Below, one piece after another: positions 55,046-64,000 of a stretch of 64,000 bases of DNA. Within the stretch, counting starts at the first letter, position 1. Each line of letters opens with the position of its first letter. The position numbers were made by a program, and so were the translations under genes. Where the stretch lies: the NCBI GenBank assembly GCA_951406725.2, contig OX597825.1, forward strand, positions 48,050,001 to 48,114,000. Reading direction: 5' to 3'. Source of the DNA: Octopus vulgaris. Its lineage: Eukaryota. Below the pieces are notes generated by a model that was given only the letters and a program-made list of their open reading frames with translations, did no database searches and was not told the origin of the DNA.

Positions 55046-55093
55046 GTCTCCGATGAAGGGATATATAAAATATCCCGGAAACAGCTGTAAGAC
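55046..55093 (+). ncRNA. Minimal type I hammerhead ribozyme motif, U4C core variant
   Basis: GTCT-CCGATGA-A-GGGATAT(ATAAA)ATATCCC-G-GAAA-CAGCTG-TA-AGAC: stem I GTCT/AGAC, 7-bp stem II, palindromic stem III. Confidence 0.7.
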
Positions 55094-55469
55094 CTTCTAT
55101 TTATAAAAGTTCTGAAATTTCTCACAGCCTTGGGTTTTTATTTCATTCTGTTAATTTTTTTTATATATACACGTGCTGATATATGACCTACGTTGGACTC
55201 CTCATTCGCATAATCACCGAACCTGGAGCCTAACTATAGTCTGCCCATAGCACTTACTCAGCATTACCTGACACCTTTGGTGGGAAAAAAATCTGTGGGA
55301 AAAAATCCTTTAGCAGATGAAATATGTGGCAAACATACTTCAACTAACCTAAATTATGATTATACGTAAACACTGCTTACCGCAATTATTCCGATATTTT
55401 TCTCGATCGGGCGACCTACTAGCGCAAATCAGTCAATGTGTTGGCTGAATTATATATATATAGAGCTAT

Positions 55470-56870
55470 AAGCTTTATCAGTTCGTTCAGGGTTGCCCCT
55501 TTTAGCTACATCAAATTTGGGCTGCTGCTGCTTTTGTGAGTTCATTCTGTTTAAATTAATGTTTATTGTTATTGCACTGTTTGTTACACTTGTTGAATTT
55601 GAACAGTCATCGTTTTGTGAACAGTAATTTTCGCCCTACGGGGCAAAAAATTGTGCTTTGCTGGAAAAATTATTACTGTTCGACTCTTTTTTCTGTTATT
55701 TTTTTACCTGTTGCAGGGTAAAAATATTAATTTTTGTCAGTATTGGCAAAAATTATTTTTGCTTTTTGTCTGTCTATTCCTGTTGAAGGAAGCCATTTTT
55801 GCAAATGGAATTTAACTTATTGTCAAGTAAGGATTTCCATGAGATGGAAAAGTCATCGAATATTGAGAACGTACAACAAGGAATTAAGGAAACGCCCAGT
55901 TTTTCGGCCGCTGTGAGCGGCAACATGATAGAAATGAACGTGACTATAGAACAATTGTTTAAGTACCGTAACTTAAATAAGAAAAATGGTAATGATACCA
56001 AATTACTGCCGCCGCAGGAGACAGTACAAAATTTGATGGTGCGAAAAGTGGTTTACAAAATATATAATATAAAGGAGAAGAGAATCATGTCGGTAAAGAA
56101 CGAGATAGTGGAAAGGTTAGGGGCACCAGTTTGGAATTAAATTACCTATGTAGAACGTGGTATAAGGAGCGTCACAGTGGAGGCACAGTTCGAAAACGCT
56201 AACATAGCAAAAGAGGTGTCAACGAGAAAGTTGAAAAATGAAGAAATTGATCTGCTACCCACGTATCTAGGGAGAACCACAAAGATAACTGTGAAAGAAA
56301 TACCAGCACAGTACGACATGATGTGGTTAGCGGCAGCCGTAATTTACGATTTGGAGGAAGAGATGGGGATACTGCAAATGAAGAAAAGGGAGGCCATGAA
56401 ATGGAGAGGACAGACCCTGGAGATGCTGGTACAGGCTTCAAACTAAGTACTGGAAACGTTGCCCGATAGAGTTTTTATAGGGGAGGAGCTGAGCGTCAGA
56501 GTCGCAGTCGAGGGACGTAGGCCTCGATGCTTCAAGTGTGACGAAAAGGGCCACGTCCGCTCAGAATGCGAGAAAAAGAAACAAAAAAAAAGGGTGAAGC
56601 CCTTCCTCAAAAATAAAATACTAAAGAAAACACTAACGAACACCAAGAAAAGGAAGAGAAAGAAAAAGGAACAGAAAAAGTAGAAGAAAAGAAAGAAAAA
56701 TAAAATAAAAAAGCCGAAGAGAAAAAATCAGAAGACAGAACTCTTGTGACGGAAGAGGAGATGGATTTTACCACGGCCGTATCACACAAGAGAAAAAAGG
56801 TCCAAGCTCCAGACTCCCCTCCCCAGACAAAGAAAATAAGCAAACCCACTACAGACACACAGGAACCTCC
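55470..56870 (+). mobile_element. L1/Tx1-like LINE 5' region with decayed ORF1
   Basis: Same-frame ORF pieces 55799-56683 ending in zinc knuckle RPRCFKCDEKGHVRSEC and a K/E-rich tail. Confidence 0.6.
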
Positions 56871-56944
56871 CCCCCCCCCATGTTAAAACCCTTTGCCACC
56901 CCCTTCCCCCCCAAAAAAAAAACACAAGAAAAATAATTTTGAAA

Positions 56945-57635
56945 CACTTATGATACAGTGTTGTCGTGCAGCAGAAGAACTCCATACTGACGGACGATTA
57001 GGTCTTTTCTCTTGAATAGCCGTGTGAGTCGTTCCATCTGTTGAACATAAAGTTCCGCGTTGATCGATTGGCTCCGTTCAAGCAATTCGTAATGGATAAT
57101 CCCTTCCCAGTCACGCCATACGCACAACATCGTTTTACGCGGATGAAGATCTTGTTTCACTGGCGGTGTCGCTTGTTTACCGGGTCTAAGCCATTCCTTA
57201 CGCTGCTTCATATTGATGTGCAGGCACCATTTTTCGTCGCCAGTAACGATTCGATAAAGAAATCATTGCTTGTGTCCATGAGTTGAGCGGTGACGAGCAA
57301 GCAAACCAACAGAGATTGTGACTCACTGATTTTTGTTGTTGTCACTTAAAGCATGCGGAACCCATGCTCCATACTTCTGAACCTTTCCCATCGAGTGAAG
57401 CTGCTTCTCTATAGCAGTGTAGGAGCATTCCATTTTCTCTGCCAGTTCCCTTGTCGATTGACGAGAATTTTCGCGCAAAAGTTGGTTTAATCGCTTTTCA
57501 TCGAACTCAACTGGACGGCCAGAACGAGGTGCGTCTTTGAGGTCAAAATTTCCATTTTTGAACTTGGTATACCAATCACGAACGGTTCTTTCAGCTATGG
57601 CACCACCTCCTTACACGGCACAAATGTGGCGAGCA
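56945..57635 (-). mobile_element. Mariner transposase fragment
   Basis: SGRPVEFD, WVPHAL, IVTGDEKW, WRDWEGIIHYELL, LLHDN on minus. Confidence 0.85.
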
Positions 57636-57663
57636 TATATTCTATATGTATGTATGTCAGTTT

Positions 57664-58200
57664 ATTTCAAGATTCCTTGCCAATAGAGAAAGAACTGGTT
57701 TCTAACTTTGATCCAAGGTTCCTTCATTGAAATTTCAGCATCAACAACAGGATATTTCATAGTATGTATGTATGTATGTATGTATGTATGTATGTATGTA
57801 TGTATGTATGTATGCATGCATGCATGTATGTATGCATGCATGTATGTATGTACGTATGTATGTATGTATGTATGTATGTATGTATGTATGTATGTATGTT
57901 TGTATGTATGTATGTATGTATGTATGTATGTTTGTATGTGCAGATTTATATGTTTTATGTATGTATTCTCATGCATATAGTTACATATCTAGACACGCTC
58001 GTATATATTTAAATGATAAACTTCTGGAAAGTTTTACAGATTTTTACAGTTCAAGTAATGGATTGGATCTGTAGTCTTCGAATTAGCTTTCTCCTTTCTG
58101 GTTTTGAGAAGCCTAATTTCTCAAGATTGGTATTTAGGCAATGCGTTACATATCCCAGGGGCCCCAATAATTACAGGTATAAACCTGAACTTGTAATCTG
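57664..58200 (-). mobile_element. CRE-like LINE 3' end associated with (TATG)n
   Basis: [22 protein letters not shown] plus 3' UTR containing and flanked by TATG repeats. Confidence 0.65.
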
Positions 58201-58296
58201 TATGTTTGTATACACACACACTCACACATATATATGTATATATGTATGTACGTATGTATGTGTGTATGTATGTATGTATGTATGTATGTATGTATG

Positions 58297-58388
<92 letters not shown>

Positions 58389-59839
58389 CATAGATAGATA
58401 GATAGAAATTTCTGAACACATACATATATACAAATTCCTGTAAATATATACATACATATATATATATATATATATTCCTAAACATATATACATATATATA
58501 TATATATATATACAGACACAAATAATGCGAGTGAGAGAGAGGTGGAGCGTGTTAGAGAGTGGGACTGACAGATAGAGAGAAATAGAAAGAAGAAAAGAGC
58601 AAGTAATAGAGAGGTAAGTAGAAAAGAGAGACTGTTTATGCCGATCTATGTTTACAATGATAATTTAGTGTCCTTGCTACCAAAAATAAAATCAGGATAT
58701 CATTTTATGTTGATAAATAATCTGGGTCAGGGACAGATTGATGGCGGCGGTGGTAGCAACGACGATGATAGCGGTAGTTGTTGTGCCTGGTGCAGTGGTG
58801 GTGGCGTTGATGGTGGTGGTGCAATTGTTTTTGTCATGTTGTTGTCGTGGTTATAACATTGCTGCTTAGTTGGTGGTGTGGTTGTTATGTATTGTTGTTG
58901 TAAGTGGAGGGGTTGCAGTGGAGATGATACGTTATGTATGGAGTAACGGTGGTGAAGGTGGTGCAGTGTTATTGTAGTGGTGTTTGAGGCGGTGGTGACT
59001 GTGAATGTAGTGGTGGCGGGTGGAGGTGATAATGATGGTGGTGTAGTGGTACTGTTCGATGATCGTGGTGATGGTGATTGCATTGGTGGTGTCGACTAGT
59101 GGGTGGTAGTAGTAGAGCGCAGCAGTGGTGGTGGTGGTGGTGATGCTGATGTTGATGGTGATGTTAGTGGTGGTACTTGTGGAGGAGAGAGGGATGTTAT
59201 TAGTGGCGATGATGGTAATGCTGGTGTTGATAGTGTTGGAGAGATCCACGGCAAAATTATCTGACGTTCTGTTATTTGTAAGTTTAAGTATCACTTGGTT
59301 AAATTTAATCGATTTTCTCCCATCGCGCTGTCCTGCCTTCCTACATCACTTCCACACTCAGCCCTTCTCAGCACTCTGAGTGAACTTTTATCAAACTCAG
59401 TCATATTAATTCCACAGGTATGCGCCGAACAAAATACGACCTGCATTCCAGAGGACTTGGGACATTTTTAGGAGCGGCTGTTGTAAATGTCCTAGATTAA
59501 TGTAATTTTAGTAATAAACAAGAATGCATTTTGCGCCAAAAGCCGATATTAGAGTTTCCCTCATGGTAAGTACCGCACTACAGTTTGTTCTAAAGGGCAT
59601 TCACATTTAAGTGGGGATTAACATTACTTCTCGGTATAAAAACTGCTTCTGTTGCTAATAAATATTTAACAGAATCACTAGCTAATCACGACACCAGCGC
59701 CTGTTCTGGCACTGTTATTCTATGTATCACAGAAAGGAGGAGGGGGGACGAATCGCTGCAATCTCTGGTGGTCGAGCGTCCATCATTGACTAAACCATGA
59801 AGGTCGAAATCACGTGATCTGGTGGCCTCGGATCAAGAA

Positions 59840-60690
59840 ATGACGGGGATTTATAAAATATTGTATTAAACTGGACTACAGAAACCTATGAAATGCTCCA
59901 GGTTGCTTATGGATTAGCTTGTGAGTCAAGTATCTGATTTTCAACAGTAGAAAAGAGGTGAGAGTTGATGAAAGACGTGGGAAGGAGAGAAGCGTCAGAA
60001 CATTAGAGCTGGTTTAAAAAATTCGTCTATACAGTTTGGAGTTGGTGTGGCAACCGTACACATCATGAATATCTGAACATGGGCAAAATTTGTGCAAATT
60101 TCCACCCGGCAACTGTACACATCATGAATATCTGAACATGGGCAAAATTTGTGCAAATTCCCACCCACGGTGCTCAGTGACGAACAGAAGAAAAGACAGC
60201 AAGGAGATGGTTGAGTTCATTACTTCCAAGAATATTTGAGTTTTTGGTGACCTGTGACGAATGCTGGTTCTACTGTTATGATACAGAGAAAGGGTGCTCA
60301 ATAAAAGCAATCTGGTTCCAAGAAGGCCAAGCAAAGTAAATCCAAGAAGGTCAGGCAAAGCAAGTCGCCGGAAAGCTCATGATGACTCCTTTCAACAGCC
60401 CCTCGGTCCACTGACAGAAACTACTGTCCGGTGCGGAATTGATTCTGCATGTGCGAATTTCAATTCCACCAGCTTATCCAATGTGGTGCACCCAACGTTT
60501 CCTGTGTGTCCAAAACCTTGGAAATAATGTCATCCACGTTTGCAGTCGTGGCTCTTTTGTCCTAATTCGAGCAGGAAATCTTGAGCGATTAAATGCCTTG
60601 AAACTAAACGAGAGAGAATTCTTGACGGACTGAGGAACACTATGTGAAAAGGTTCATACAGATGGCTGTTTAGTTTGACTTCCGGACAGA
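59840..60690 (+). mobile_element. Highly decayed mariner-like element with an internal ~60-bp tandem duplication (60050-60166)
   Basis: ETYEMLQVAYG, VLSDEQK and LVTCDECWFYCYD remnants. Confidence 0.6.
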
Positions 60691-61216
60691 CACCGCTGTT
60701 CATTGCAGTGGTCAAAATCTGAAGACTGGACACATACGTATCTATTAAACTTAGGACAACTGCCAGTTAGCAATTGTCGATCTTGTCGAAAGTTTTAGAT
60801 TGGTGGATATAGAAGACAGATCTAATACGGAGCCAGGGTGAAGATTATCACGGGTGATAGATCTGTCACTAAACTCGTAGAAATAAATTTCTCCGTAAGA
60901 ATCATTACAGCAGACGAAAAAAAGAAAAGGACAAAATGTTATTATTGGTGAAGACAGAAGAAGATTGAAATATTCTTGAAACTTACAACCTCCGCACCAC
61001 TCCCTCCCACATATCACTCCTCCCCCTCATTCACTCAACCAATTGTCTGATTAAACTTATTTTTGATCAGCTTCAAAACACTTGTAATTAAAACATTTTG
61101 CATTTTGCTGCTACCATCAACACATCTCTCTTAACCCACTTCCTTCGTTCGAACTCTCTCTTTCTCCCCCGTTCTCTAGATCCACGTACATGAGTGTACA
61201 TACACACACAACACTC

Positions 61217-61617
61217 AGTGGCTGTGTGGTAAGAAGCTTGCTTCCTAACCACATGGTTCCGGGTTCAGCCCCACTGCGTGGCACCTTGGGCAAGTATCTT
61301 CTACTATAGCTTCGGGCTGACCAAAGACTTGTGATTGGATTTGGTAGATGGAAACTGAAACAAGCCCGTCGTATATATATATGTATGTATATGTATGTAT
61401 GTATGTATGTGTGTGTTTGTCCCCCCCCGCCTTCACTTGACAACCAATGTTGGTGTGCTTACGTCCCCGTAACTTAGCGGTTCGGCAAGACAGGCTGATA
61501 GAATAAGTACTAGGCTTACAAAAAGTAAGTCCTGGGGTCGATTTGTTCAACTAAAGGTGGTGCTCCAGCATGGCCGCAGTCAAGTGACTGAAACAGATAA
61601 AAGAATAAAAGAATATA

Positions 61618-61620
<3 letters not shown>
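61217..61620 (+). mobile_element. Near-complete SINE family A
   Basis: Box A TGGCTGTGTGG, box B GGTTCAGCCCC, internal microsatellite, 3' GCTCCAGCATGGCCGCAG..CTGAAAC and (AAAAGAAT) tail. Confidence 0.85.
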
Positions 61621-61660
<40 letters not shown>

Positions 61661-61664
<4 letters not shown>

Positions 61665-62648
61665 CATAAGGGACTAAAGCCATCTGAATATGGCTAGGGA
61701 CAGGGCAGGGTGGTGGGGGTGTTACTGTTGCATTTAGCCCCAGGCGAACATCAACGTCGCCAGATAGGCTTGACACCATCACGGCGTCCTCTATCCTGCA
61801 AAGGGAGATAATTCCCCGATGAAGCGGAAACCACACACGGACCTAGGTTTCAAGGCGTTTGCCTATTATCAACGTGTGGTAGGCAACGCTTCCTCGACGA
61901 ACATCTCACTCTGCAGGATATTTATATATAGATTTTCAAGCAAAATACATTTGCTGATTTCGAAAATCTGTTCGACAGCAATAATAATTCTCTAAATGAG
62001 ATATAGACAGTAACTGCTCCATAACATAAGGGACTAAAGCCATCTGAATATGGCTAGGGACAGGGCAGGGTGGTGGGGGTGTTACTGTTGCATTTAGCCC
62101 CAGGCGAACATCAACGTCGCCAGATAGGCTTGACACCATCACGGCGTCCTCGACGTTGATGTTCGCCTGGGGCTAAATGCAACAGTAACACCCCCACCAC
62201 CCGACCCTGTCCCTAGCCATATTCAGATGGCTTTAGTCCCTTATGTTATGGAGCAGTTACTGTCTATATCTCATTTAGAGAATTATTATTGCTGTCGAAC
62301 AGATTTTCGAAATCAGCAAATGTATTTTGCTTGAAAATCTATATATAAATATCCTGCAGAGTGAGTTTTTCGTCGAGGAAGCGGTGCCTACCACACGTTG
62401 ATAATAGGCAAACACCTTGAAACCTAGGTCCGTGTGTGGTTTCCGCTTCATCGGGGAATTATCTCCCTTTGCAGGAAAGAGGACGCCGTGATGGTGTCAA
62501 GCCTATCTGGCGACGTTGATGTTCGCCTGGGGCTAAATGCAACAGTAACACCCCCACCACCCTGCCCTGTCCCTAGCCATATTCAGATGGCTTTAGTCCC
62601 TTATGTTATGGAGCAGTTACTGTCTATATCTCATTTAGAGAATTATTA
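61661..62648. mobile_element. Non-coding 360-bp-unit element: partial tandems in head-to-head palindrome within (AT)n
   Basis: 61661 recurs at 62021; 62151 recurs at 62511; arms 61661-62119 and 62151-62609 are reverse complements. Confidence 0.85.
62371..62432 (+). ncRNA. Putative variant hammerhead ribozyme (mirror copy 61838-61899 on minus)
   Basis: CG-TCGAGGA-[stem II GCG(T/G)TGCCTA..TAGGCAAAC(G/A)C]-GAAA-CCTAGG-TC-CG. Confidence 0.5.
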
Positions 62649-62689
62649 TATATATATATATATATATATAAAAAAAATAATTATGATTC

Positions 62690-63065
62690 AGTAGAATTTA
62701 GTACTTAAGTTAAAGTACCAAGTCACTCCGTTATTACCCGCACAGCTCGAAGTCAAAATAAGCAACAGGATGTCAATTAGTAATGCAGTACGACCGTTTC
62801 AAGCGGATCCATTTAATTGAACAATGCAATCATTACATCAATTTAAGATGTTCGATAAATATGGACAAACGAATTAATAACCATTTTTCATCATTTAGAT
62901 TCAGACATAAAGCTAATAGCACGTTTTATCTAGTAAGATTTGGGAACTTGAAGATAGCGGGACCAGATTTAGCCTTAAATGCGTTATAATACGGAGAGTG
63001 CAGCCTTATAGAGATATTCGATATGGGTAGGAGCTTTGCTCTATGGAAATTAATGAGATTTTTAA
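62690..63065. mobile_element. Penelope-like piece: minus-strand pLTR joined to plus-strand GIY-YIG fragment
   Basis: 62750-62860 is the reverse complement of the 3845-3935 family; 62865-63065 gives KRINNHFSSFR..NST/LSSKIWEL..ELC. Confidence 0.65.
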
Positions 63066-63339
63066 GTATAGAGGCAAGAACAACATGATTGATATATATA
63101 GACATACACATACATATATATAGACACACACACACATATCATAATAGCGTTAATCGAGTAAAATCTCAGATCGAAATAGAACAAAGATAACTTTATCTGA
63201 AAGAGTAAATAGTATTAAAGAACTCGGCGGGAATAAATTTGATTTAACCTTGAATGATCAAATTAAAACTAAATCAGAGAAATATAAAAAACTATCTTTA
63301 CAATTGATCTAAGCGGGAACCCTGTGATGTGAGAAATAA

Positions 63340-63620
63340 GTGTAAGACTAAAAATGTAATATATAGATGTATAGTTATGAGTGTAATGATTGTAATGTAT
63401 ACCTTTACATCGGTACGATACCATTAATTTTGAAGAAGAGCCTGACAAATTATTTGAGTTCATTTAGAGATAAAAATAAAAGATTCCAAACAGGTCTTAG
63501 TAGATTAATCCACTCGATTGAAGACAGAAACAAAGACTATACTATCAATTGAGAATTAATTTGCATTGCAAAACCATACATACCCGAAACTAAAAAATGT
63601 GACTTTTACCGAATTTTTAG
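63340..63620 (+). pseudogene. Degenerate Penelope GIY-YIG fragment
   Basis: YSYEC..YLYIG..NYLSSFRD..TGLSRLI, similar to 53892-54260. Confidence 0.6.
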
Positions 63621-64000
63621 CACTTAAGGGTAATATACTAAATTCTAGTCAGGAGCAAAATTTGAGATGCTTGCACCTGACGATATTTACGTTTGGCCAG
63701 TATAAATGGATAATAAACATTTAAACAACAAAATGTTTTGAAGTAACGAACTATAAGTGATTATCCGATCAAAACTTGAATTGAAGATAATTGGCGTCTA
63801 ACTTAACGGACAACTCTACATTATAGAACGCAGAGTAGATAAACGAAAAACTTTAAACAGTAAAAAAAAAAAAAAAATATTAAGTAAAGATATTGAAGAA
63901 TCTGCACCAGTATTATAGTATAGTTGCAATTGAAACGGTTACGAATCGGTGCAATTGAAACATGAATAGATCTATGCAAAACTGTATATTTATGAAAAAC

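Larger units (their letters stand above)
53815..55152 (+). mobile_element. 5'-truncated Penelope-like element with short inverted 5' end and hammerhead-bearing pLTR
   Basis: GIY-YIG fragment; termini 53815-53846 and 55121-55152 are inverted copies; TA-rich flanks. Confidence 0.75.

Noticed and set aside
59410-59572. Possible exon or recursive splice site (CAG|GTATG..ATG|GTAAGT)
   Set aside because: Weak pyrimidine tract and no coding support
61217-61290. tRNA gene
   Set aside because: Box A/B head of a multi-copy SINE; no complete cloverleaf
61816-61855. Plus-strand hammerhead CCGATGA-AGCG-GAAAC
   Set aside because: No stem II or stem I; the opposite-strand fold is much better formed
61516-62694. 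Repeated small ORF MWFPLHRG..PPPPCPVP
   Set aside because: Arises from the repeated unit, non-ATG start, differing ends, no recognisable domain

Overview
Eukaryotic, AT-rich, microsatellite-dense DNA made almost entirely of transposable elements. The SINE and simple-repeat landscape suggests an octopus/cephalopod genome (inference from recalled repeat sequences; no database search was possible). No host protein-coding gene could be supported, and most listed ORFs are translations of simple repeats. Main contents: a full-length but decayed Mag-type Ty3/Gypsy LTR element (7179-11918); a near-intact 5'-truncated RTE-type LINE with a target-site duplication (4693-6600); a chain of R4/Dong-like elements in (AAT)n arrays (13.3-18.8 kb); further RTE, CR1-group, CRE-like, HERO-like and Tx1-like LINE remnants; four mariner remnants; hAT-type and other MITEs; non-autonomous Helitrons, including a head-to-tail pair; two abundant tRNA-derived SINE families; and many Penelope-like element (PLE) pieces. 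The most notable signals are: (i) a non-coding 360-bp unit arranged as partial tandems folded into a ~950-bp palindrome inside (AT)n, carrying a variant hammerhead-ribozyme fold (61661-62648); (ii) several other PLE-linked hammerhead motifs with non-canonical cores and palindromic stem III; (iii) repeated head-to-head fold-back PLE insertions; (iv) a 34-nt antisense U2 snRNA fragment inserted in a SINE 10 bp from the Gypsy LTR; (v) a SINE and a CR1-group LINE sharing their 3' end. All alignments were done by eye, and boundaries of decayed elements are approximate.
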